Source: a virus. From it: 64,000 bases of DNA. A program made the position numbers and the translations under genes. Every line of letters begins with the position of its first letter. Position 1 is the stretch's first letter. The stretch is taken from positions 14,320-78,319 of the IMG/VR virus record IMGVR_UViG_3300023179_000074. One strand, written 5' to 3'. Positions 29,409 through 39,077 of the stretch are shown here, one piece after another. The notes below the pieces were generated by a model. That model did no database searches. It was not told the DNA's origin and saw only the letters and a program-made list of their open reading frames with translations.

Positions 29409-30017
29409 TTACAAACTATCTATAGTATCGACTAAAGAAACTATTAAACGAGAGTAATTAAATGTAAAATATGTTTCGATTTCACCGGGATCCCTATTAT
29501 TAAATGTAATTCCTCCTAAAGCTGTAGGAAAAGCATTAATGTATTTAAATTCAACTGATCTTTTATCATATTCATCTAATGCAAAGATAGATATATTTGC
29601 AGCATATACTAATATATTTTTATTATTATACTGTGATTCTGGTAATAAATTTGTAGGGTCATATATACCAGTCTCATCATCGTTTAATATGTTTAACCAT
29701 TTGTAGATTGTCCAGTAATTGTTAAATCTATTATCAACAGTAAAATTTACTGTAACGGGAGGATACGGATTACGTGCTTGGCTTGATGTTGTATGTGTTT
29801 GCCCGGAATACCTAATATTCAAAGCGGGTACTTCTACTTCCGGTACTAAAGAACCATAAACAGAGAATTGTATTGCATCAGGAAAAATAGACTCATCATT
29901 TCTTGTCATTTTACGAGCTATAGATTTTAAGCCGTCAGGAAAATTTAAAACTAGTAAAAATTTATCTTTTCTAGATTTATTAAAGGGGCTTTGTGTATAG
30001 TTAACTAAGTTTGCCAT
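29409..30017 (-). CDS. Tail completion / tube terminator (gp3-like)
   Basis: VTVNFTVDNRFNNYWTIYKW...AFPTALGGITF; start refined to ATG 30017 (TAAATA-N5). Confidence 0.65.
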   Translation of the reverse strand: MANLVNYTQSPFNKSRKDKFLLVLNFPDGLKSIARKMTRNDESIFPDAIQFSVYGSLVPEVEVPALNIRYSGQTHTTSSQARNPYPPVTVNFTVDNRFNNYWTIYKWLNILNDDETGIYDPTNLLPESQYNNKNILVYAANISIFALDEYDKRSVEFKYINAFPTALGGITFNNRDPGEIETYFTFNYSRLIVSLVDTIDSL

Positions 30018-30025
30018 ATATATAT

Positions 30026-31741
30026 TTAACCTAATCTCCTCCAACCTTCTGCCTCTAAGTCAGCTATTTCATTTTTAGAAAAATCATTACTATTAGGTAT
30101 ATAAATAGGAAGGGGGCTGCCTCCTAAATTTTCCTTTTCGTTACTGTAAATAGAAGCTGGGTTAATAAAATTTTTAATTCCAAAATCCAAAGAGCGTAAT
30201 TTTAAAGGCTTTTTGTTGGCATCAAATTGTTCTATTTCATAATATTTGTCTACCAAATCATTTTCTAATATCATTAAACACCACACTAAACTCATAACGC
30301 GGTCATCCCAGCTATCAGCACCAGGCTTTGCAGCCCACGTACCGTTGGGATAGCGGACAAAAGATTTTAATTCATTTAAAGTTTTTAAATCATAAATTTT
30401 TAAAGCTTTAACCTCATTACACCAGTATCTCATATTCATTACGCCTTTATACTTTGAATTAGTGTGGGCTTGAACTCCTATTTTATTATATTTGTTTCCA
30501 TTTATTTTAGCTCCGTATGAAATTAAATTTTCATAGTGATGTACATTTTTAAGTTGATCAACCACCTGAGCTCCGCAATTATTTCTTTCAACTAATGCGG
30601 GTGGTGACCCCCAATGCTGTAAAATTTCAAAAAGTTTTGTTGTGAAATTGTATGGGCTAATTTCTCTGTTATGATAAACTGCGACTTGTTTTATTTCCCT
30701 TAAATCCGTAATATCTAAAATTTGTATTACACTTGCTGCTTCCCCAACACCTTCACTTATATCAACACCCGCGACATAAAGATTATCTTTTTGCGGTTCA
30801 TCCCATAATAGATATTTACCTTCTTCAAAAACAAATTTTGGTTCAATACAATTTTCTTTCATTTCTTCAAAAAGTTTTTCATCAAGCGCACTTTCACCTG
30901 TTTGCAAGAATACATTGCCAAACTCTTGATCAAATACATCTCTACTGCCTAAAGTTCGGATAGTTTTTTCTTTCCAGTTTTCGTCACGACCGGGGAATTC
31001 CCACCAATCGACTTTTTCAGCATGCCAATCGTTTTTTCTTTCAACTGCACCAGTATAAAGTTCATGAAATAAATTACCGGTACCGTTTGGTGTTGAAGCA
31101 ACAAATATTTTAGATTTCTTAGAGGATGAAATAATAGGGTAAACAGAGCTCCAAAATTGTTCAACAAGATGGTTGTCAATAAATGCTAACTCATCTAATA
31201 TAAGGACGTTGCAGCTATCTCCTCTCCCTGCATCACTACTGGTTGTCGAAATACCAATACTCGACCCGTTTCCTAACGACATTGATGTTTTACCGTATTC
31301 TACGGTTCCTGGTTTTAAATAATTAGGTAGCTTCTCATAAGCTAAACGAACTCTCTTAAAAATATTAATAGCTGTTTGCTCTTTATTAGCTACAATAAGA
31401 ATGCGTTGATCTTCAAAAAAACAAGCAATCCATAATGCGTATATTGTCATTAAAGTCGTTTTTCCCACTTGCCTCGAGGCTAACAGGCATACAAATCTAT
31501 TATCTCTTAAACTTCTTAAAATACGTTTTTGATAAGAATGAAGCTTTATCTTCATTTTACCCTCATCAAGATTAGTAATATAAAAAAAGTTTTCTGCAAA
31601 GTATAATATATTTTTTCTACATTTAGCTATATCCTCTACCCATTCCGGATGTGCTTCATAATCAAATACGGCTTCTGTGGTAGGTAAGTTTTGATTACCT
31701 AGATAAAATTTACTTTCTTGGTTTTTAGGCATATGTAGCAT
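30026..31741 (-). CDS. Terminase large subunit gp17
   Basis: YLGNQNL, SRQVGKTT (Walker A), LILDELAF (Walker B), STPNG, GVDISEG nuclease motif, DDRVMS; the start may be ATG 31732. Confidence 0.95.
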   Translation of the reverse strand: MLHMPKNQESKFYLGNQNLPTTEAVFDYEAHPEWVEDIAKCRKNILYFAENFFYITNLDEGKMKIKLHSYQKRILRSLRDNRFVCLLASRQVGKTTLMTIYALWIACFFEDQRILIVANKEQTAINIFKRVRLAYEKLPNYLKPGTVEYGKTSMSLGNGSSIGISTTSSDAGRGDSCNVLILDELAFIDNHLVEQFWSSVYPIISSSKKSKIFVASTPNGTGNLFHELYTGAVERKNDWHAEKVDWWEFPGRDENWKEKTIRTLGSRDVFDQEFGNVFLQTGESALDEKLFEEMKENCIEPKFVFEEGKYLLWDEPQKDNLYVAGVDISEGVGEAASVIQILDITDLREIKQVAVYHNREISPYNFTTKLFEILQHWGSPPALVERNNCGAQVVDQLKNVHHYENLISYGAKINGNKYNKIGVQAHTNSKYKGVMNMRYWCNEVKALKIYDLKTLNELKSFVRYPNGTWAAKPGADSWDDRVMSLVWCLMILENDLVDKYYEIEQFDANKKPLKLRSLDFGIKNFINPASIYSNEKENLGGSPLPIYIPNSNDFSKNEIADLEAEGWRRLG

Positions 31742-31752
31742 AAATACTTAAT

Positions 31753-32643
31753 ATGAATCAAACCAGAACGCTAGTAGAAATGGGTGATGTTTATGAAAAG
31801 ACTGTAATTGAAGAGAAGAAGTCCATATTTCCTCCTAAAGATACTTTTAAAATAGCAACAGATAAAAAGCCCGTTGAAGCTAAAGCAGATCCTAAGGCAT
31901 TTGTTCCTAAGAATTCAGGCCCTGAGAATGCTGATAATTTTAACAAAAATGTAGTCGATCCTGAAACATCAAAAAATGACAATTTTTACGAACCAAAAAA
32001 ATTCTCACAAAATCTTGAAAAAACAGAAGTACAAACAATAAATAATTTTATGAGCAAATCTATTTTTGATAAACTTTACGAAGATGTAATGGGTGGACAG
32101 CCCGTTGACCAGGAAGTCAATGACGCAGAAGCCCTTGGTTTACCCGGTGAAGAGGGTGGAGCAGATGAAGGAGAAGTAACCCTTACACTCTCCCGCGAAC
32201 ATGCCCAAGCTCTTTGCGATGCTCTTAAAGCAGTTTTAGGCGATGAAGAAGTTGGCGGTGATGAAGAAGTCGGCGGCGAAGAAGAGGTTGGTGGTGAGGA
32301 AAAAGAAGAAGCCAACGAAGAAAAAGATAAAAAAGAAGATAAAGAAGAAAAAGACGAAGATGCAGAAGGTGTTGCTAAGGAAGCAACAGAATTAAAAGAA
32401 CTACCTGCCTCTGCTGGTCAGTCTCTTCAAAAGAAAGATAATAAGGTTGGCGATGTAACAAAGAGCTTAGCTTCTAGCGGTGCTGGTGATGCAAAAGTCA
32501 CCGACAAAGTTGGTAATGATGGTGAAAAAGGCCATGCTCTAGTAGGTGCTGGTGTAAAGGGTGCAACAGCATTTACCGGCAAGGACAATAAAGTAGCTAG
32601 CAAGACGAGCAAAGTAGGTGCTTATCTAGCTGGTCTGAAGTAA
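31753..32643 (+). CDS. Acidic late protein, probable prohead core/scaffold-type protein
   Basis: Glu/Lys-rich, GDEEVG repeats, late promoter, followed by a strong terminator. Confidence 0.45.
   Translation: MNQTRTLVEMGDVYEKTVIEEKKSIFPPKDTFKIATDKKPVEAKADPKAFVPKNSGPENADNFNKNVVDPETSKNDNFYEPKKFSQNLEKTEVQTINNFMSKSIFDKLYEDVMGGQPVDQEVNDAEALGLPGEEGGADEGEVTLTLSREHAQALCDALKAVLGDEEVGGDEEVGGEEEVGGEEKEEANEEKDKKEDKEEKDEDAEGVAKEATELKELPASAGQSLQKKDNKVGDVTKSLASSGAGDAKVTDKVGNDGEKGHALVGAGVKGATAFTGKDNKVASKTSKVGAYLAGLK
32039..32044 (+). promoter_or_regulatory. Intragenic late promoter before an in-frame ATG (32050)
   Basis: TAAATA-ATTTT-ATG, identical to the gp19 start context. Confidence 0.65.
32239..32292 (+). 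repeat. Three 18-bp imperfect tandem repeats encoding G(D/E)EEVG
   Basis: ggcgatgaagaagttggc / ggtgatgaagaagtcggc / ggcgaagaagaggttggt. Confidence 0.85.
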
Positions 32644-32667
32644 TAGAATCAAAAAATAGTAAAAATT

Positions 32668-32697
32668 GGGCCTAATGTAAATTAGGCCCTTTTTTTT
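32668..32697 (+). terminator. Rho-independent terminator
   Basis: GGGCCTAAT-GTAA-ATTAGGCCC followed by T8. Confidence 0.9.
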
Positions 32698-32711
32698 GCT
32701 TAAATATCTAT

Positions 32712-33056
32712 ATGACTTTTAAAGACTATTTCCATAATAAAATAAAGTCAAAGGAAAAGCCTTTACAGACCAAAAAAAGACATATGCATCCTGTTTTAAG
32801 GGATGTAAGCTCTCATCCTAAAAACCCGGGTAGAACAGTTCCGTATATGCATAGAACTTTTAAAGAAAATCAAAAAGTAAAATCATTAAAAAATAAAAAC
32901 AATGGAAGATACGTATGTAACAATAACGATATAGCAGAAATTGAAAAGGAGTTTAACTTAAAGTATGATATAAAGAATTCTAAAAATTTAGGTAACACTG
33001 GTATAACTCTAAGATATGATTCTGTTTTAGGAGCACCGGTAATAGAAAAATTATGA
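32712..33056 (+). CDS. Basic late hypothetical protein
   Basis: TAAATA-N5-ATG; N-terminus MTFKDYF. Confidence 0.55.
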   Translation: MTFKDYFHNKIKSKEKPLQTKKRHMHPVLRDVSSHPKNPGRTVPYMHRTFKENQKVKSLKNKNNGRYVCNNNDIAEIEKEFNLKYDIKNSKNLGNTGITLRYDSVLGAPVIEKL

Positions 33057-33781
33057 TCGCTAAAGATTATTACACAGGCAGTCCTGATCCAAAGGTTTAC
33101 CCTTTTTTTTATACAGATAATCCATGTATTAGATTTACTGCAAAAGAAAATAATCAAAGCGAACGCCTTATTATTAGTAATTATTGGAAAGAACAAATCA
33201 ATCTTTATGGGCAACAAGTAGGGTATATAGTTAATAATACAACAACTTTAAGCGCTGATATGCTGTATGGAGAACAACCGACTCAGCAATATTCACCGCC
33301 TGTAAATTTAATAATAGCTATTAATTTAAATGAAAATGCACTTATGCTTAGTAAGTTTGGCTTAGTATCGGATGATGAAGTTACAGCTTTTGTACATATT
33401 AGTTCATTTTACGAAGTTTTTGGTTATGGTAAAGAGCCTAAATCAGGAGATCTATTTCAACTAACAGAGTATGGTAATGATAGGCCGGGGGGTAGAAACG
33501 GAAACATTTATGAAATAACACAAAGACTAGACCAAGATATAGCCCAAATAAATCCTCTTGCCGGGCATTATGTATGGTTAATAAAGGCAAAACGGTTTGA
33601 ATATTCTTTCGAACCAGGTCTATCTGGTGAAGCTGTTAACGACCAGGTTTTTGAAGACACCAGGCAACCTGGTGTGTCGGGGGCAGATAAACCCTATGAT
33701 TATAATGTAGATAATGCTTCAAAAGGTATTTTTGACTATTCACAAACTGATTATGGTAATGTGTACGGTGGGTATTATTAA
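33053..33781 (+). CDS. Neck / head-completion protein (gp14-like)
   Basis: EQINLYGQQVGY...LYGE...LSKFGL..DDE...EPKSGDL. Confidence 0.7.
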   Translation: MIAKDYYTGSPDPKVYPFFYTDNPCIRFTAKENNQSERLIISNYWKEQINLYGQQVGYIVNNTTTLSADMLYGEQPTQQYSPPVNLIIAINLNENALMLSKFGLVSDDEVTAFVHISSFYEVFGYGKEPKSGDLFQLTEYGNDRPGGRNGNIYEITQRLDQDIAQINPLAGHYVWLIKAKRFEYSFEPGLSGEAVNDQVFEDTRQPGVSGADKPYDYNVDNASKGIFDYSQTDYGNVYGGYY

Positions 33782-34053
33782 TCATCGATAGCAGTAATCT
33801 CTTCTTCTACTTTCTCATAATCAGGAAGTTTTTCTCCTCTTAAAATAGAAATAAATTTATCACCTTCGCGGCAATTATTAAAATTGCATTCAATTATACT
33901 CCTATCAGAGCCAAGAAATTTATAAAAATATTTTTCTTCTTTTTTTATAATATTAAAAAGCTTGTAAATAATTCCTATTTTAAATCGTTTATCTTTATTA
34001 GATAAATTAATTTTAGGTGTTATACTGAAACTTGTTCCGACGATGTAATGCAT
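33778..34053 (-). CDS. Hypothetical protein
   Basis: ORF in a tightly overlapping operon. Confidence 0.5.
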   Translation of the reverse strand: MHYIVGTSFSITPKINLSNKDKRFKIGIIYKLFNIIKKEEKYFYKFLGSDRSIIECNFNNCREGDKFISILRGEKLPDYEKVEEEITAIDD

Positions 34054-34319
34054 GGTACGCTATTGTTAGGTGTTTCATTTAAAATAACTTCGTCTTTCAT
34101 AGATTCAAATCTATCGGTAATATATTTTTGAAATGCTAGAGGTTTTACCCAGTCGACGTCTTTATCATGAAGATTAACTTTAAACTGTTGTGCTTTTTTA
34201 GAAATAAAATCTAAAGCTTCAATTAAACAAAGCCACCTTGTATATTCATCTAAAGCAAGCTTTTCTTTTTTATCTTTACAATCAACTGTTATGTGTTTTT
34301 TTGAGCGTACTAAGGGCAT
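34020..34319 (-). CDS. Hypothetical protein
   Basis: ORF in a tightly overlapping operon. Confidence 0.55.
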   Translation of the reverse strand: MPLVRSKKHITVDCKDKKEKLALDEYTRWLCLIEALDFISKKAQQFKVNLHDKDVDWVKPLAFQKYITDRFESMKDEVILNETPNNSVPCITSSEQVSV

Positions 34320-34737
34320 ATCCTATAATAATGGCTGTAATAAAATTTTTATCAAGAAAATAATTTTGTTTATTAATATTATATATAATATTGTAAAGTG
34401 AATCAAAAGAATCTCTTAAAGTCTCAATATTTTTTTTAAAATTGACAATAATTTCATTTTTAATTTCTTCATTAATATGAGGGCTTGCTCTTAATGCAGA
34501 GCAAAGCGTATCTATTATTAGATTAGTAAAATTCTTTAAAATATTTTTATCATTAGACATATCGTTTTTCATAAATGCTAGACCACGTTCAAAATAATAT
34601 AGTGTTTTAATGTCTAAGTTTTTCTTAAAAAGCAAAATAATTTCATCTATAGGTATAGATAGAGTTGCAGGACTTAAATCAATAAAAGAAGCAGGAACTG
34701 TTGTTGTTAGATTTTCAATACTATCAGGTATTTTCAT
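34282..34737 (-). CDS. Hypothetical protein
   Basis: ATGA overlap with the upstream gene. Confidence 0.55.
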   Translation of the reverse strand: MKIPDSIENLTTTVPASFIDLSPATLSIPIDEIILLFKKNLDIKTLYYFERGLAFMKNDMSNDKNILKNFTNLIIDTLCSALRASPHINEEIKNEIIVNFKKNIETLRDSFDSLYNIIYNINKQNYFLDKNFITAIIIGYALSTLKKTHNS

Positions 34738-35165
34738 TTACTTACTATCTGCTTTAAAATCTCTTCATTTATTAATGGTAGATCGGTTGTGGCAATCGGT
34801 TCAGTGGTAATAGCTGTTTCAGAGAAGACCTGAATACTAATGTTCTTATTACATTCTTTACATTTGTAATAATTTGATGTATTAAGTTTTACAGGAATAA
34901 AATCTACAATTTTTTTATAACACGGACATGTGACTTCAAGACTCTGAAAAGATAATTCTTTTAATCTTTCATTTTCAATTTTTTTTAGCTTCAATGAAAT
35001 AAAAGTTGTAAGTAAGGAATTAAATGCGGAAAAACAAACGATTTGAAGAAATAAGCCGGATAATATACCAATTAAAAGATTGACTCCGAAGCTAGAAAGT
35101 AGCAGACCAATTAAAATACTAACAGTAGATAAAGCAAGTATCTGAAAAGCGATCTTTCTAAGCAT
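34734..35165 (-). CDS. Membrane protein with zinc ribbon
   Basis: Two N-terminal hydrophobic helices and CPC...CKEC; sigma70-type promoter 6 nt upstream. Confidence 0.6.
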   Translation of the reverse strand: MLRKIAFQILALSTVSILIGLLLSSFGVNLLIGILSGLFLQIVCFSAFNSLLTTFISLKLKKIENERLKELSFQSLEVTCPCYKKIVDFIPVKLNTSNYYKCKECNKNISIQVFSETAITTEPIATTDLPLINEEILKQIVSK

Positions 35166-35171
35166 AATATT

Positions 35172-35199
35172 ATTATAAAGGAAATATATTATTTTGCAA
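35172..35199 (-). promoter_or_regulatory. Sigma70-type promoter of the 33778-35165 operon
   Basis: TTGCAA-N16-TATAAT-N6-ATG. Confidence 0.75.
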
Positions 35200-35560
35200 C
35201 CTTTTTATTAGTTGTATATATAATAGACTTTAATATTTTGTTTATTATTTCCAATCTTTTTAAAATAGAAATAATTTTAATTTTTGCATCTTTATTTTTC
35301 TGTATAATAGGGTTTTTTAAGGACTGTTTAAACAATTGAATGGAATTACCCGTTTTTATATAAAGATCGCCAAGCTGCTCTATTGTACTGGGTATAGGGT
35401 AAGGCAATACTTTGTCAGCTCTTACATCGTTAGGATTCTGATATACTGTTTTATTAAATAAATCTTTAAGTGTAACTCTTTGGGTTGCAAGTTCTCTTGA
35501 AGCGACTCCAGATGTCCATTTGTTATATTGTAAAATTTCTTCAAACAGCAATTTCTTCAC
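35189..35560 (-). CDS. Late hypothetical protein
   Basis: TATAAATA-N5-GTG. Confidence 0.55.
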   Translation of the reverse strand: MKKLLFEEILQYNKWTSGVASRELATQRVTLKDLFNKTVYQNPNDVRADKVLPYPIPSTIEQLGDLYIKTGNSIQLFKQSLKNPIIQKNKDAKIKIISILKRLEIINKILKSIIYTTNKKVAK

Positions 35561-35563
35561 ATA

Positions 35564-35579
35564 AATATTTATAAATATT
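35564..35579. promoter_or_regulatory. Palindromic bidirectional late promoter (two overlapping TATAAATA)
   Basis: AATATTTATAAATATT is a perfect 16-bp palindrome; each TATAAATA is 5 nt from a start codon (35560 and 35583). Confidence 0.8.
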
Positions 35580-35582
35580 AGT

Positions 35583-35987
35583 ATGAAGCTTTTTGAAAAT
35601 CGTTTTTGTTCTATACTAGAAGCCGATGAAGCTACGCCAACCCCGGCACCTGTTGATGATAAAGAGGCTATGGCTCAAACATTACAGACAGCAGAACCTT
35701 CAGATTTTGACGTACAAGCAGGGGAGCGCGAAAAGCGTGTTGACCAAGAAAAAATAAATCAGGTAAATAAGCTCAAAGAATGGGTTGGTAAAATAGACGA
35801 ATTTATAAATTATTTAAACGGCACTGAACCGACTTCTATTCAGATGCAATTACATGCAGCTCCTTGCGAAACTATATTCGAAGACATAGCAAGAAGTGAA
35901 AAAAAGAAAATTTCTAGATTAGCAGCAGAGTTGAGTTCCTTAAGTGAATCTCTTAAGGGTTATTTAATTTCATCTAACGATAGATAA
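35583..35987 (+). CDS. Late hypothetical protein, possibly an internal head protein
   Basis: TATAAATA-N5-ATG; N-terminus MKLFENRFCSILEA. Confidence 0.55.
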   Translation: MKLFENRFCSILEADEATPTPAPVDDKEAMAQTLQTAEPSDFDVQAGEREKRVDQEKINQVNKLKEWVGKIDEFINYLNGTEPTSIQMQLHAAPCETIFEDIARSEKKKISRLAAELSSLSESLKGYLISSNDR

Positions 35988-36998
35988 TTTTAGCTTAGCT
36001 TTTAAGCTATTAAAACTATTTTCTAATATTAAATTCGTATCAACTTCTAAAGTATTTTTTTCAATACAAATATCATTAAAATCTTTAAATGATTTTTTAA
36101 ATATTTCAGGCCATATAAAAACAGTTTCACCGTTATCAATTAATTTTTGAGTTTTATTATAACTAGCATCATCTATCCATTGATTATCGAGAACCCACAC
36201 TTTTTTATGAAGAGGATACTGAGATAATTGTGTTTCTTGAAATTTAGAAAACATAGCAGAGCTATTCTCTTGAATGCCGGCAACAGCAACCCCGTTTCTT
36301 ACGAAAAAAGAGTCTATAGGCCCCTCAAAAATAAAAATAAAGTCTAAATTCGAATCTATTTTATCTATGTTAAAGATTGATTTTTCACCATTTATTTTAC
36401 TAAGATACTTCGGAAAGAGTTTAATATCTTTAGCAAGTAAAGACCGGGATTGATAAAATACAATATCTTTATTTTGATTATAAAAAGGTATAATTAATCT
36501 GTTTTTGTGAATCTTATCTTCAAGTGAAATGTAAAGAGCATCCGGGCGGTTAATCGCTTTATCGAGTAAGCGAGTTTTTATAAGTTTAAGAGCTTCTTGT
36601 ACAGCTATATTATTTTTATAGAAATTTATTTGATTAGTGTCATATAAATTTATTGAGTCTTTAGGGAGTTTTTCGATTATTTTAGTAATTGGTTTTTTAT
36701 CTTCAGAATAAACCTCTAATGGCAATATTTCAAAGTTTTTTGTTTCGTTTATTATTTCATTAAAAGAAAGGCCAGATACTTCCTGTATCCATTTTATAGG
36801 ATCACTGTACCACCCACAGTTATGACAACAAATTATATTATCATCTATAATGTAAATACATCTTCTTTTTTTAAGCCAAGACTTACCCTCTCTGCAAATA
36901 GGGCAGCCTGCAATATATGTATTCGAAAATCGTTTAAATTTAGGGTAACCCGCGTATTGGTAAAATTTTTGAACAGTATATTCTTGAGGTAAAATCAC
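35970..36998 (-). CDS. DNA primase gp61
   Basis: CPIC...CHNC zinc finger, RLIIPF, FEGPIDS TOPRIM motif, KDFND. Confidence 0.92.
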   Translation of the reverse strand: MILPQEYTVQKFYQYAGYPKFKRFSNTYIAGCPICREGKSWLKKRRCIYIIDDNIICCHNCGWYSDPIKWIQEVSGLSFNEIINETKNFEILPLEVYSEDKKPITKIIEKLPKDSINLYDTNQINFYKNNIAVQEALKLIKTRLLDKAINRPDALYISLEDKIHKNRLIIPFYNQNKDIVFYQSRSLLAKDIKLFPKYLSKINGEKSIFNIDKIDSNLDFIFIFEGPIDSFFVRNGVAVAGIQENSSAMFSKFQETQLSQYPLHKKVWVLDNQWIDDASYNKTQKLIDNGETVFIWPEIFKKSFKDFNDICIEKNTLEVDTNLILENSFNSLKAKLKLSIVR

Positions 36999-37040
36999 AT
37001 CTTATTATAATACAATAACAACAAAAAAACAATAAAATTA

Positions 37041-37223
37041 TTATGTTTTATTATTAATGTCTTTTATTGAAACAACACCTTTTCTAATAAACGTACCAGA
37101 AGCAGGATCTATATAATGTGCTTCTGTGATCTCTTTACCTTCGCGGATATAAGTCTTTAGAATGGGTTTTACTGTTTGACCGCTAATGGGAGAAACAATA
37201 GGTTTTGGCGAAATAATATCCAT
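37041..37223 (-). CDS. Small late hypothetical protein
   Basis: TATAAATA-N5-ATG, 60 aa. Confidence 0.6.
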   Translation of the reverse strand: MDIISPKPIVSPISGQTVKPILKTYIREGKEITEAHYIDPASGTFIRKGVVSIKDINNKT

Positions 37224-37253
37224 AAAAGTATTTATAAAAAAGTATAATAAAGT

Positions 37254-37511
37254 CTACTTATTTTTATTGTACTGTTTAATGCAAACTTTGTATACATAAG
37301 AAGGTATTTTTTGTACAATCTCTATAATTTTATTATCTAGACCAAAGTCAAATTTTTCTTGAGGCACATCTCTTACTTTCATATCAGGTAAAGACAAAAA
37401 AGAATAATTTTCTTTATTTTTTTCAATAAAAACAAAAAGCTCTCCTAAAAATTTACCACCGGTGATCGCGTATAAATATTTTTTCTTAGGATGTTTAAGA
37501 TTAAAAATCAT
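37254..37511 (-). CDS. Hypothetical protein
   Basis: ATGA overlap with the upstream gene. Confidence 0.55.
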   Translation of the reverse strand: MIFNLKHPKKKYLYAITGGKFLGELFVFIEKNKENYSFLSLPDMKVRDVPQEKFDFGLDNKIIEIVQKIPSYVYKVCIKQYNKNK

Positions 37512-38383
37512 AACGCTTCAATACATTTTAAAAGCGACTCTTCAACAGGTGGAAGCAATAATCCTAATGAATCAATTTTATTTGTAGAGAGTATACAATT
37601 GCTTCTTTTAGCTTTTAGCTTAAGACTATCTATTTCAACAAACTCCCAGTTAGGGTTAATATGATTGTTTTTAGATAAGTTTTCTACAATAAATTTTGCA
37701 TTTGATATACCTGGATTGACAACATTGTATATACCGGGCAATGTTTTATAAAAATCATTTTTTATAAATTGATCAACAAACAAAATAAAATCTTCTAAAC
37801 ATGTATAGCTATTATTAAAATTTACTAATTTAGGATATTTTAAAATTTTATTTAAAATATTTTTAGATGTATTAAATGAACAAAAGGGCATTCTCACTCT
37901 TAATATAGAACTCTTAGACGTGGTAAGAAGTAATTCAGACAAGTGTTTAGTTTTAGAATAAAAACTACTTTGTTCATTAAAAAACCCAAAATTAGGAATA
38001 TCTTCTTCTGTATACTCTTTTTCATAGCCCGAATATATACAGCCGCTACTAACATTTATAAGCCATGCGTTGTTTTGATTACAAAATGTATTGAGAATAA
38101 CGGGTAGCTTTGTATTGTAAAGAAAGCAATTTTCCTTGTCCTCTTCGCAAGCATCGACATTAGGAATCCCTGTATACCCTGAGCAATTTATAATAATGAC
38201 ATCATCTAATAAATTACCATTAAAATCAGTAAAATAGCTTCTGATAAATTTCTTTAATTGTATAGGTGAAAAATAATCTAGTTCTTTTCTCGAAACAATA
38301 ACAGACTTATAATTACTTTGAGCTAGCTTTTTATGAAGAGGTATACCTATAAATCCTTTACCCAGTAATAAGATATTTTTCAC
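37508..38383 (-). CDS. NDP-4-keto-6-deoxyglucose 3,5-epimerase/4-reductase (RmlD / NRS-ER-like)
   Basis: GKGFIG Rossmann motif, GYTGIPNVDACE, SSGCIY, YSKTK, LRVRMP. Confidence 0.85.
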   Translation of the reverse strand: MKNILLLGKGFIGIPLHKKLAQSNYKSVIVSRKELDYFSPIQLKKFIRSYFTDFNGNLLDDVIIINCSGYTGIPNVDACEEDKENCFLYNTKLPVILNTFCNQNNAWLINVSSGCIYSGYEKEYTEEDIPNFGFFNEQSSFYSKTKHLSELLLTTSKSSILRVRMPFCSFNTSKNILNKILKYPKLVNFNNSYTCLEDFILFVDQFIKNDFYKTLPGIYNVVNPGISNAKFIVENLSKNNHINPNWEFVEIDSLKLKAKRSNCILSTNKIDSLGLLLPPVEESLLKCIEAL

Positions 38384-38392
38384 AAAAAAAAA

Positions 38393-38722
38393 TTAGTCGT
38401 CTAAACTATTATTATTAGCGTGAAATACAAATTTGTTTAATAATGCTCCTAGAGAATCAGCTTCTTGTTGATTATGAGCAGATATTAATGTGATTGGCTT
38501 GCCATCAAAATTGTAACCGATTAAAATAAAACAGTTTAAAAATTCTAATATTTGAGCTGTAAGAACATCAAGATCTTTTTTATGATTAGCCTGATCTGAT
38601 ATTTGTTCCTTTAAAAAAGAAACTAAAGCTTTATGAGTTAAATCTTTAACATCCTTATTTGCATTAGGATCAAATGGGACGTTTTTATTGTTTTTGTTCG
38701 ATGAATTTTTGTCTTTCATCAT
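38393..38722 (-). CDS. Hypothetical protein
   Basis: TAAATA 6 nt before the second ATG (38719). Confidence 0.55.
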   Translation of the reverse strand: MMKDKNSSNKNNKNVPFDPNANKDVKDLTHKALVSFLKEQISDQANHKKDLDVLTAQILEFLNCFILIGYNFDGKPITLISAHNQQEADSLGALLNKFVFHANNNSLDD

Positions 38723-39077
38723 AATTATTTAGTCTCTCCTTTAAGTATCTATCGCGACCGGGGTAATCAGAATTATTAGAAACCCCGTGTCTAATAAGAA
38801 AATCAATAATTACTTCAATACTGTCAGTTTTAATAAAGAAATTTGTTGCTATCTTTCTTCCCCCATCATTAAATTCAAACAACACTTCATCTAAATCGTT
38901 TTTATTTGCATAACATGTGACAAAAACTGAAGCTTCGCTTGGATTTACTAAAACAGTCCATCTTCTTGGATCGGTTTTCGAAAAAATAGAAAACATTTTA
39001 ATAACTACAAAACCGTTATCGCGAAGCCTTTTAATAAAATATCCAGGGGTTTTTAATTTGTTTTTTACAATTTTCAT
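38685..39077 (-). CDS. Hypothetical protein
   Basis: TAATG overlap with the clamp gene. Confidence 0.55.
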   Translation of the reverse strand: MKIVKNKLKTPGYFIKRLRDNGFVVIKMFSIFSKTDPRRWTVLVNPSEASVFVTCYANKNDLDEVLFEFNDGGRKIATNFFIKTDSIEVIIDFLIRHGVSNNSDYPGRDRYLKERLNNYDERQKFIEQKQ

